Position numbers and translations under genes: made by a program. This document shows positions 19,666-27,411 of a stretch of 64,000 nt of DNA, piece after piece. Origin of the DNA: a virus (lineage: Duplodnaviria > Heunggongvirae > Uroviricota > Caudoviricetes); the IMG/VR virus record IMGVR_UViG_3300047393_000041, positions 1 through 64,000 of that record, one strand, 5' to 3'. Below the pieces are notes generated by a model, which saw only the letters and a list, made by a program, of their open reading frames with translations, did no database searches and was not told the DNA's origin. Within the stretch, counting starts at the first letter, position 1. Each line of letters opens with the position of its first letter.

Positions 19666-20067
19666 GGGGGTGACTGGTTTTGACAGGTTACTACTAATTG
19701 ATACAATCAGCCCAGAGAGATAACTGGCTAAAACTAAGGTGAATTTTAATAAATGACAACAAAGTAATTTCGTTAGATGTTAACCAAGTTAACGCTAACA
19801 TGAGCAAAGTTTTTTCATTAATTAACTCTAATGTTGAGGAGCTAGAAATGGCTGCATAAGCATTAAATCTGTCAACACTGGCTAGACATAAAGATTGCCA
19901 TAAGAGGTTTGTATGATTCCTTAAAAACATTCTGGTGGATTCGTTTACTTTTACAGTAGACCCTAGAGTTATCCTGTAGACTCTTTAAATAAGTATGGGG
20001 ACAAAAAGCTGTATAAATTGTATTAATGAAAGTAATTTGGACGGGAGTTCGACTCTCCCCACCTCCA
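19666..20067 (+). ncRNA. ssrA: tmRNA (SsrA-like transfer-messenger RNA)
   Basis: 5' GGGGGTGACTGGTTTTGACAGG and 3' GGACGGGAGTTCGACTCTCCCCACCTCCA give a 7-bp acceptor stem with the G3:U70 pair. T-arm GGGAG/TTCGACT/CTCCC. Internal tag-like frame ends ...NSNVEELEMAA then TAA at 19857-19859. No CCA encoded. Confidence 0.7.
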
Positions 20068-20143
20068 CGATGTTGGATAGCTACCAAATGAACTTAGTGG
20101 TAACAACGGAAAACCTAAGAGAGATTAACAAAAACTCCGTACA

Positions 20144-20239
20144 GATTGAGTGTACCAAATGGCGAAAGGTTATTCCAGAACTGGATAGAGGCACAAGAAA
20201 ATAAGTCCTACATTACAGGTTCGATTCCTGTCTCAATCA
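20144..20239 (+). tRNA. tRNA-like element (perfect acceptor and T-arm, non-canonical body)
   Basis: GATTGAG (20144-20150) pairs perfectly with CTCAATC (20232-20238). Discriminator A at 20239. T-arm ACAGG/TTCGATT/CCTGT is canonical. The 64 nt between them do not fold into standard D/anticodon arms by eye. Total 96 nt. Confidence 0.3.
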
Positions 20240-20483
20240 CATCTGTTGTTTGATCTTAGCACTAGGAAAACAACAAGCAATTGGACAAAGCTAAGTGTCA
20301 TGAATTGCCCTGTAACAGCTCAGTGTTACCAGATAGAATAGGTTTAAGATCAAGTATGTGAAGTTCTATCAAATAAAAGAAGTGTAGCCTGATTGGTAAA
20401 GGCAGCAAGTAATGATGGGAAGTGGTTCGATTCCTCACCTTCTTTTAACAATTGACATCTCCCAAGGGAGAAAGTCCTATTAA

Positions 20484-20512
20484 AGCCTCTATTAACATAG
20501 AGGCTTTTCTTA
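20484..20512 (+). terminator. rho-independent terminator
   Basis: AGCCTCTA-ttaaca-TAGAGGCT hairpin followed by TTTTCTTATT. Closes the RNA-gene region. Confidence 0.55.
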
Positions 20513-20543
20513 TTATGTATTAATCCTTAATAACTATAAAAAC

Positions 20544-20690
20544 ATGAAGACAATTAAATTATTACCAACTGAGTTCTTTCAGTTCAGACAATTAGCATTT
20601 GCAATGAGTATTGCATTTGCCTGTTCAATTGCACATGGTGTGTATATTGTAGAAGCCAATATAAACCAACTAGAGAAGTTGGGTTATTAA
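20544..20690 (+). CDS. hypothetical small protein (48 aa; unlisted)
   Basis: Hand-translated MKTIKLLPTEFFQFRQLAFAMSIAFACSIAHGVYIVEANINQLEKLGY. Followed by hairpins. Confidence 0.25.
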   Translation: MKTIKLLPTEFFQFRQLAFAMSIAFACSIAHGVYIVEANINQLEKLGY

Positions 20691-20754
20691 GGGGGCAAGA
20701 GGGCTCTTGTCTAACAACAAGGGCCTTATTGTTTTAATCATTAATAAATAAAAT

Positions 20755-21024
20755 ATGAAAAACATACACATATTATTAGCATTGTTATTTGTTTCTTGTA
20801 CAGAATCTAAATACACAAATATTGGTCAAGAAATTATTGATGGTAAAGTTTCAGCTTCTGCAGTAATAGTAAACCGCAGGGGAGTAAAACAATATAGATT
20901 TTGGATACAAAACGCAACGGAAACAAAAGAAATTGAACTGCCTACTATCTATAAAGAAAAATGGAAAGTAGGAGATAGTTGTTTATTAATCATTGAAAAA
21001 TATAAAGAAAATGAAACTAAGTAA
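20755..21024 (+). CDS. putative lipoprotein
   Basis: 89 aa. Signal peptide with lipobox LFVSC followed by TESK. Confidence 0.45.
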   Translation: MKNIHILLALLFVSCTESKYTNIGQEIIDGKVSASAVIVNRRGVKQYRFWIQNATETKEIELPTIYKEKWKVGDSCLLIIEKYKENETK

Positions 21025-21814
21025 AAACATACACGTATTACCAACAAAAAAACTAAGTAATTTATTATTATGTATAAAAAGTTATGTGGAACATAAAGAT
21101 ACACCTGAAGAAAATTCAGATAATAAAGGTGATTTTAGATTAGGTTGTGGTAAATATGCTAGTAAAGTATTTTACAAACCACATCATATGTACATCACTT
21201 CTGATGAATGCATTAAAGAAGATGATTGGTTATTAATTATTGATGATTTTGAAACTTATGTGCACAAACATAAAGGGGACAATTTACCAACTACTTATTG
21301 GAAAATCATCCTAACAACAGACCAAAACTTAATTGCTGATGATGTACAAGCTATTGATGATGAGTTCTTAGAATGGTTTGTTAATAATCCAAATTGTGAA
21401 AGTGTTGAGATTAAACCTTTTTGTAAAAAATTAACTTGCAAAAATAAAGAATGTAATGTTTGTTGTCAAGAATTAAATTATAAACTATTAATTCCAAAAG
21501 AAGAACCTAAACAAACAGTTCAAGAATATGAACAACAAGGTTTAGAAAAGTATTCACATGAACTTAAACAAGAAACACTTGAAGAAGCTGCTATAGATTC
21601 TAAAAAACGTTACATTAATGAAACTGCAAAAATAATTGCATATAGAGAGTTCATTGAAGGTGCTAAATGGCAACAACAAAATAGTTATAATGAGGAAGAG
21701 ATTAGAAACGCTATTGACTATGGAGCAGAGTTAGGTCTTTCAAATAATATTGGAAATTCTTTTGAATGGACAAAAAGAAAAAACGAATGGTTTGAAATAA
21801 ATAAAAAGAAATAA
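21011..21814 (+). CDS. hypothetical Cys-rich protein with C-terminal family-A module (ETLEEA...WQQQNSYNEEE...WFEINKKK)
   Basis: Start moved to ATG 21011. C-terminal ~100 aa is paralogous to 21894, 25236, 25491 and 25780 ORFs. Confidence 0.45.
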   Translation: MKLSKNIHVLPTKKLSNLLLCIKSYVEHKDTPEENSDNKGDFRLGCGKYASKVFYKPHHMYITSDECIKEDDWLLIIDDFETYVHKHKGDNLPTTYWKIILTTDQNLIADDVQAIDDEFLEWFVNNPNCESVEIKPFCKKLTCKNKECNVCCQELNYKLLIPKEEPKQTVQEYEQQGLEKYSHELKQETLEEAAIDSKKRYINETAKIIAYREFIEGAKWQQQNSYNEEEIRNAIDYGAELGLSNNIGNSFEWTKRKNEWFEINKKK

Positions 21815-21893
21815 TTATGGACATTATCTTCTTAATAGTATTTATGTTTGCAATTATGGTTAACGAAAATAGAAACATTTAAAAAGAAATAAA

Positions 21894-22250
21894 ATGGAAA
21901 AAGAAACACTTGAAGAAGGTTTTATTAGAACTATTATTCCACTTGATTATACAGAAGCTGATTTTGCATCTTTTAAACTTGGTATTAAATATCAACAAGA
22001 AAAAGATAGAGATTTTTATTTTAAATATATAAAATCGGAAAAAGACTTTCAAATGCCAAGAATGGATAAGTTAGGTATCAATACTACTGGACAAATATTC
22101 GAACAAATGGTAACTTCATTGATTCATTTAGCAGAAAGAAGTTATAGTGAGGAAGAAGTTAAAGAATTATTAGGAGACTTTTTTTATGACCATATTAACT
22201 CTCAAAATGCTAACATTAACGATTGGTTCGAACAATTTAAAAAGAAATAA
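21894..22250 (+). CDS. paralog family A protein (MEKETLEE...RSYSEEE...WFEQFKKK)
   Basis: 118 aa. Shares N-terminal xKETLEE and C-terminal SYSEEE/WFxxFKKK motifs with four other ORFs. Confidence 0.45.
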   Translation: MEKETLEEGFIRTIIPLDYTEADFASFKLGIKYQQEKDRDFYFKYIKSEKDFQMPRMDKLGINTTGQIFEQMVTSLIHLAERSYSEEEVKELLGDFFYDHINSQNANINDWFEQFKKK

Positions 22251-22254
22251 AATT

Positions 22255-22434
22255 ATGGAAGAAAAACTTAAAGAATTAATTGATGAATGGAGAAATAGAC
22301 AACACTTGTATGAAGATATGGCTGAAAGATATAAAGATAATCCTCGTAACAATGCGAAATATGTATACAAAGCATTGGGCACAAGAGATTGTTGGAAAGA
22401 ACTATTAACATTAATAGAAAGCAAAGATGAGTAA
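22255..22434 (+). CDS. hypothetical protein
   Basis: Start moved to internal ATG 22255 (MEEKLKELIDEW...) to avoid 60-nt overlap. Confidence 0.3.
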   Translation: MEEKLKELIDEWRNRQHLYEDMAERYKDNPRNNAKYVYKALGTRDCWKELLTLIESKDE

Positions 22435-22663
22435 AGAAATAGAATTAGGACTAACTGTTGGAGGAACATACATTACAGTAAGTGGATGTTATTATCCAGA
22501 TGAAGATGCTATCATGTATGATAGTAACATGGAAGGTTATCCAGGTTGTGCTGCAGAGTTTGAGTTACAATCAGTTCAAGTAGATGGTACAGAAATCATT
22601 GATTTGATTAGTGATGCCATATTTGATGAAATAGTAGATAAAGTATTAGAAAACCAACGTTAA
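22427..22663 (+). CDS. hypothetical protein
   Basis: 78-aa ORF. Confidence 0.35.
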   Translation: MSKEIELGLTVGGTYITVSGCYYPDEDAIMYDSNMEGYPGCAAEFELQSVQVDGTEIIDLISDAIFDEIVDKVLENQR

Positions 22664-22674
22664 AATTTAGAGTT

Positions 22675-22908
22675 ATGAAAATAGTAAACGGTAGATGGCA
22701 GGATGATAATAACAATCCTGTAGATAATTTTAATGTATCTCAGCTATTAGAGCTTGGAGAGAAAGTTACAAATGTATATGGTAAAGATATTAGTTATAGT
22801 AGAATAGAATTAGTTTCTGCTATTAAATCTCTTACACCTAAACAAGAATCTGATCTTGCTTATGTATTAAGTCAAGAAGGTGCGATTGCTAGACTAGCAG
22901 GATATTAG
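22675..22908 (+). CDS. hypothetical protein
   Basis: 77-aa ORF. Confidence 0.35.
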   Translation: MKIVNGRWQDDNNNPVDNFNVSQLLELGEKVTNVYGKDISYSRIELVSAIKSLTPKQESDLAYVLSQEGAIARLAGY

Positions 22909-22910
22909 TT

Positions 22911-23183
22911 ATGAATAGTCAAGAGAATGTAGGAAGAAAAGTGAAAGGTTTTGAATTTAAAGGTAAGCCAACTTTTGTGAATCCAATGAACAAACACATT
23001 GGTAAAATTGGAATAATAACACATAACATGGATGATTGTTATTCAGTACGATTTGCTAGTGGTGAGGCTTATAATTATCCCTATCCTGAAATACTTGATC
23101 ATTTAGTTGATAAAGAACCTGAAATAGAATTAAGCCTTGAGGAACTTGTAAATAATGTTAAAGTTTTAATCTCAAAAATTTAG
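22911..23183 (+). CDS. paralog family B protein (1 of 3)
   Basis: 90 aa. GRKVKGFEFKG...EPEIELSLEELVNNVKVLISKI. Tandem with 23187 and 23469. Confidence 0.45.
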   Translation: MNSQENVGRKVKGFEFKGKPTFVNPMNKHIGKIGIITHNMDDCYSVRFASGEAYNYPYPEILDHLVDKEPEIELSLEELVNNVKVLISKI

Positions 23184-23186
23184 ATT

Positions 23187-23465
23187 ATGGAAGATCTTAT
23201 AGGAAAGAAAGTAATAGGTTTTGCTTTTAAAGACAATCCAGTTGTTGGATGGAATGATCATATGAATAAATATGTCGGAGAGATTGGAGAAATAACAAAA
23301 TTTTGTGGCAATAAAACTGGATCATATTATGTTAAATTTACTAGTAATGCTTATTGGTATCCAGCTATTGGAATAAAAGCACAATTTATTGAAAAAGAAC
23401 CTGAAGTAGAACTAAGCCTTGAAGAACTCATCAACAATGTTAAAGGTTTAATATCAAAAATTTAG
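23187..23465 (+). CDS. paralog family B protein (2 of 3)
   Basis: 92 aa. Same architecture, C-terminus EPEVELSLEELINNVKGLISKI. Confidence 0.45.
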   Translation: MEDLIGKKVIGFAFKDNPVVGWNDHMNKYVGEIGEITKFCGNKTGSYYVKFTSNAYWYPAIGIKAQFIEKEPEVELSLEELINNVKGLISKI

Positions 23466-23468
23466 ATT

Positions 23469-23741
23469 ATGAAGAATGATCTTATAGGAAGAAAAGTGAA
23501 AGGTTTTAAATTTAGAACTACTACAGCTGTTGCATATGATAAGTATATGTCAAAACATATTGGTGAAATTGGTACAATTACAGAAGTTGATGGAAAAACT
23601 TGTTATGTTGAATTTCCTGATAATGCTTGGTGGTATCCACTTTTGAGAACAGTTGAGAATTTAATTGAAGAAGAACCTGAAATAGAGGTGAGTCTTGATG
23701 AACTTATTAATAACGTTAAAAATTTAATATCAAAAATATGA
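23469..23741 (+). CDS. paralog family B protein (3 of 3)
   Basis: 90 aa. C-terminus EPEIEVSLDELINNVKNLISKI. Confidence 0.45.
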   Translation: MKNDLIGRKVKGFKFRTTTAVAYDKYMSKHIGEIGTITEVDGKTCYVEFPDNAWWYPLLRTVENLIEEEPEIEVSLDELINNVKNLISKI

Positions 23742-24043
23742 AGTTAGAAGAACAACAAGAAATAGTTAGAACAGTGGTGTCTGACTATTTCGACAAATAT
23801 GCAACAGAATCAATACCTTTACATTATATAATGGCAGAGAGCGAACATATCATTTATATTGGTACATCAGTATTATGTACTAAATGGAATGTTGGTTATC
23901 CAGGAGGAGATTTTGTCAAATCTATAGTTGATAATGATTTAGCTGGAGCATTTAGCAGAGCTGATCATATTAATCAACATTGTATTAGATTTTATGTAAT
24001 GTTAATGCATAACGTAGAAGCACCTACAATCTTATTTCAATAA
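23738..24043 (+). CDS. hypothetical protein
   Basis: 101-aa ORF. Confidence 0.4.
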   Translation: MKLEEQQEIVRTVVSDYFDKYATESIPLHYIMAESEHIIYIGTSVLCTKWNVGYPGGDFVKSIVDNDLAGAFSRADHINQHCIRFYVMLMHNVEAPTILFQ

Positions 24044-24045
24044 TT

Positions 24046-24456
24046 ATGGAAAAAGAATTTGTGTCTTACGAAATTGCATCAGCTTTAAAAGAATTAGGAT
24101 TTGAGGAACCTTGTATAGCTTTATATAAGTTTAAGAAATTTAAGTATAATATTAAGGACTGTAATGAACTGGTTATATTTTATAATAGAGATGGGAATGT
24201 TATCTCTTACTTAGCACCACTTTACCAACAAGCATTTAGATGGTTTAGAGAGAAGTATAAATTACAATGTTATCCAATACTAGATACAGAAGGTATTTAT
24301 TTGTGTCTTTTTTCTGACGGAATAGGATCAGGGTATTTGCTTAAAAATGGAGATTATGGTCACTGGTCAGATGAACATTTAGAATTTAATACCTACGAAG
24401 AAGCAGAACTTGAATGTCTTAAAAAATTAATAGAAATTGTAAAAGAACAGAAATAG
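24046..24456 (+). CDS. paralog family C protein (1 of 3)
   Basis: 136 aa. MEKEFVSYEIASALKELGFEEPCIA...QAFRWFREKY...TYEEAELECLKKLIEIVKEQK. Confidence 0.45.
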   Translation: MEKEFVSYEIASALKELGFEEPCIALYKFKKFKYNIKDCNELVIFYNRDGNVISYLAPLYQQAFRWFREKYKLQCYPILDTEGIYLCLFSDGIGSGYLLKNGDYGHWSDEHLEFNTYEEAELECLKKLIEIVKEQK

Positions 24457-24845
24457 TGGAAAAAGAATTTATACCTTACGAAATTGCATTAGCTTTAAAA
24501 GAATTAGGATTTGATGAACCTTGTATTGCGTTTTATAATGGTAAATTTTTAGATTTTAAAATTACCAGTAACGGTATAGAAAGTCCTTATATAGACTCAA
24601 CTATGAAGATAGGGCAATGTGTAAATGCACCAACATTATCACAAGCATTTAGATGGTTTAGAGAGAATTATTTTATTTACCCATCTATAATACAATTGAG
24701 AGGTTGGGTAAATAGTTATAAAATAATAAAATGGGATTCAAGCTGTGATGCAACAACTGTTTATGATAGCAATAATTACCAAACCTACGAAGAAGCAGAA
24801 CTTGAATGTTTAAAGAAATTAATAGAAATATGCAAGAAGAACTAA
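24456..24845 (+). CDS. paralog family C protein (2 of 3)
   Basis: 129 aa. Near-identical N- and C-terminal motifs to 24046 ORF. Confidence 0.45.
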   Translation: MEKEFIPYEIALALKELGFDEPCIAFYNGKFLDFKITSNGIESPYIDSTMKIGQCVNAPTLSQAFRWFRENYFIYPSIIQLRGWVNSYKIIKWDSSCDATTVYDSNNYQTYEEAELECLKKLIEICKKN

Positions 24846-25255
24846 TTACATTCGAAACAGCTAAATTAGCTAAAGAAAAAGGATTTGATGAAATATGTTA
24901 TTATTTACATCATCCTTTGTATGGTGTAGTAGATAATAGTAAATATCATAAGAACTCTAAACTTAATGTAAGTGATAAGGATAAAACTGAATACATCACA
25001 GCTCCAACTCAATCACTTCTTCAAAAATGGTTAAGAGAAGTTCATAAAAGTGTTGTTACCATAAGAGTATACAATAATGGGGAAGAATGGGATGAAACAG
25101 AGTATCGAGTTAGTGTTTCTGAATTTAAACATTTTACTACACATGATTCTTTTGTAAAATCTGATTTTTCTACTTACGAAGAAGCATTAGAGATTGGGTT
25201 ACAAGAAGCACTTAAATTAATAGAAATAGTAAAAGATGAAAAAAGAAACAATTGA
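24830..25255 (+). CDS. paralog family C protein (3 of 3, more divergent)
   Basis: Start moved to ATG 24830 (MQEELITFETAKLAKEKGFDE...). Ends ...TYEEALEIGLQEALKLIEIVKDEK. Confidence 0.4.
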   Translation: MQEELITFETAKLAKEKGFDEICYYLHHPLYGVVDNSKYHKNSKLNVSDKDKTEYITAPTQSLLQKWLREVHKSVVTIRVYNNGEEWDETEYRVSVSEFKHFTTHDSFVKSDFSTYEEALEIGLQEALKLIEIVKDEKRNN

Positions 25256-25484
25256 AGAAGCTTCTAATAATTATAGTAAAGGTATTATTGAGAATCATAT
25301 TAAAGTATTACATTATGTATGTTTCATTGATGGCGCTAAATGGCAAAAAGAAAGAAGTTATAGTGAGGAAGATATAAGAGAGGCATTTAGACAAGGTCAA
25401 GATAATATGAAATATGATGAAATGTATGGTTTTGATACTGAATTAACTGAGCAAGATTGGTTTAATAAATTTAAAAAGAAATAG
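25236..25484 (+). CDS. paralog family A protein
   Basis: 82 aa. MKKETIEEA...AKWQKERSYSEEDIREAF...WFNKFKKK. Confidence 0.45.
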   Translation: MKKETIEEASNNYSKGIIENHIKVLHYVCFIDGAKWQKERSYSEEDIREAFRQGQDNMKYDEMYGFDTELTEQDWFNKFKKK

Positions 25485-25490
25485 TAAATT

Positions 25491-25799
25491 ATGAAAAAAG
25501 AAACACTTGAAGAAGCTGCTGAAAGATTAGTAAAAGAAACTACATTATATGGAAGCCAAGAAGCTAGTATTGGTAGTTCTGCTAGAAGTTATTTCGAAAC
25601 AGAATTAAGATGCGTATTGTTAGGTATGCAATGGCAACAAGAAAGAAGGTATAGTGAGGAAGAATTGAAGTCAGCTTTTAAAATAGGATTTAGTATTGGT
25701 TATGGTAGTCCTGTGAATGGATTAGACAGCAAAGATGAAACTTGTGAAGTATGGTTTGAACAAAATAAAAAGAAACAAGATGAACACAGTAGATATTGA
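25491..25799 (+). CDS. paralog family A protein
   Basis: 102 aa. MKKETLEEAA...MQWQQERRYSEEELKSAF...WFEQNKKK. Confidence 0.45.
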   Translation: MKKETLEEAAERLVKETTLYGSQEASIGSSARSYFETELRCVLLGMQWQQERRYSEEELKSAFKIGFSIGYGSPVNGLDSKDETCEVWFEQNKKKQDEHSRY

Positions 25800-26022
25800 A
25801 AAACTAAACCAACTAATAGCAAGAACTGATATTAGTGGTAATGATAAAGTAAGATGGCTTACTGATTTTATAGATGGTAGAGAATTTGAACAACAAGAAA
25901 ATAGCTATAATGAGCAAGAGATGTTTAATCTTTTAATGGATTTCTTTTTAGAAAAAGATAGACAATATAAACTTAATCCAGTATGTGTTGCAGAATGGTT
26001 TAATAAATTTAAAAAGAAATAA
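25780..26022 (+). CDS. paralog family A protein (divergent)
   Basis: Start moved to ATG 25780. ...EFEQQENSYNEQEMFNLL...AEWFNKFKKK. Confidence 0.4.
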   Translation: MNTVDIEKLNQLIARTDISGNDKVRWLTDFIDGREFEQQENSYNEQEMFNLLMDFFLEKDRQYKLNPVCVAEWFNKFKKK

Positions 26023-26023
26023 G

Positions 26024-26386
26024 ATGAAAAAAGAAAAGAAATTAACTAGTCACATAGCAGATGTAATTGCTAAACAAAAAGAAGTTACTAAAGAAGAAAT
26101 TTATGTTGATGGTGCTCATGAATATGATTATGCCAAAGATGATACAGATGTTGATTTAACTATTCATACATTATATTACAGTGATTCTGCAGAATGGTCA
26201 GATCGTGTAAAAAGTAAAATAGCGTTAGAACTAGTAGATAATGGAAATGGTGTATTAATAAAACAATGGAAGTTAGAAGAAGAAATAGATTATCTTCAAT
26301 TGCAACAATTGTATATTTTATTAAAATTAACTGATGATGGTTCTGTATATGAAATATCAAAACCAGCAATTAGAACAATATTCTAA
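26024..26386 (+). CDS. hypothetical protein
   Basis: Start moved to ATG 26024 (MKKEKKLTSH...). Confidence 0.4.
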   Translation: MKKEKKLTSHIADVIAKQKEVTKEEIYVDGAHEYDYAKDDTDVDLTIHTLYYSDSAEWSDRVKSKIALELVDNGNGVLIKQWKLEEEIDYLQLQQLYILLKLTDDGSVYEISKPAIRTIF

Positions 26387-26856
26387 TGTGGTATCCAGCT
26401 GAAATAGTATTGAAAAGTTATCTTCCTCTTGAATTAGAAGAGGGTATGCTTTTTATCAATAGGATATCTGTTGGTATAATGGAACCATACATTGAATTAT
26501 GGGAGCTTGAAGAGATTCCTGAAGATATGGATGCATTTATGGCATTAAATGGTGCTCCAGTGAATCTAATGATTGTAATTGATGATTATCCAGAAGAAAT
26601 AATAGTAACTGAAGATCAAATTGGTTGGTGGGATGAAGGAGATCATACTGATGAGCTAAGAGATATACTATTAGATGATATCAATATGGTATTAAGAGAA
26701 TTCAATGGAGAATTATCAATTGATATTGATGATGAAGAAGAAGATAACATAGTACCAACATTATTTGAAAATAAAGTTATTCTAGCATTTGATCAAGAAG
26801 AAAATGATGAGCTAGAAGACTGGGATGTTACAACAAGTGAAGGATTAGAAGACTAA
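26386..26856 (+). CDS. hypothetical highly acidic protein (candidate DNA mimic)
   Basis: 156 aa, roughly 30% D+E with long acidic runs (IDIDDEEEDN, EENDELEDWD). Confidence 0.45.
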   Translation: MWYPAEIVLKSYLPLELEEGMLFINRISVGIMEPYIELWELEEIPEDMDAFMALNGAPVNLMIVIDDYPEEIIVTEDQIGWWDEGDHTDELRDILLDDINMVLREFNGELSIDIDDEEEDNIVPTLFENKVILAFDQEENDELEDWDVTTSEGLED

Positions 26857-26860
26857 AGCT

Positions 26861-27406
26861 ATGAGTGAAAGAAAAAAAACTTACATTAATTCCAGCAATA
26901 AACATGCTGTAAGAGAATTTATAATCCAAAGATTTCAATTTGAATCTGTAGTTGGATTAGCAGGTCCAGACATCAATGAGTATCTAGCATATCTAGAAGC
27001 CAAAGGATGTAAAGAATTTGAAATTTATGAGACTAACTCACAAGTGGCATTGCAACAACTATCTAAAATTAGATCAACATCTAAAATAGCGTTGATATGT
27101 GGTGATATTCTCAAAGCAAATCCAGATAAACAAAATGTATTATTTGATCTTGATTTTTGTGGATCGGTTAGATTCTTAACAGAACATATTGCTAAGTTCA
27201 AAAAGAACTTCATTATGACATTCAGTTATAGAATTGGGCTACAAGAAACAATTGATACATTTTTTAAAGCTAGGAAAGAGAAAGTGTTGAATAGTGTTGA
27301 TCATGTATCACCTATGCCTCACACAATTTACACAACAAAAAAAGGAAACTATTTATTTATCAAGTATTTCGACACATCAGCTATGTGTTGTTTTGCTAAA
27401 ATTTAG
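26861..27406 (+). CDS. hypothetical protein (possible Rossmann-fold/methyltransferase-like; weak)
   Basis: 181 aa. VVGLAGPDI ... ALICGDIL ... VLFDLDFCG loosely resemble SAM-MTase motifs I/IV. Not convincing. Confidence 0.35.
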   Translation: MSERKKTYINSSNKHAVREFIIQRFQFESVVGLAGPDINEYLAYLEAKGCKEFEIYETNSQVALQQLSKIRSTSKIALICGDILKANPDKQNVLFDLDFCGSVRFLTEHIAKFKKNFIMTFSYRIGLQETIDTFFKARKEKVLNSVDHVSPMPHTIYTTKKGNYLFIKYFDTSAMCCFAKI

Positions 27407-27411
27407 AAATT

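Noticed and set aside
19694-20087. Minus-strand ORFs 19694-19930 and 19872-20087
   Set aside because: Overlap the tmRNA on the opposite strand. Region is better explained as an RNA gene.
20376-20444. Possible tRNA around GGTTCGATTCC (20405-20415)
   Set aside because: The T-stem would have 2 mismatches in 5 pairs, the acceptor 6/7 pairs, and the segment between D-arm-like and T-arm is too short for an anticodon arm (total ~69 nt). At best a decayed tRNA remnant.
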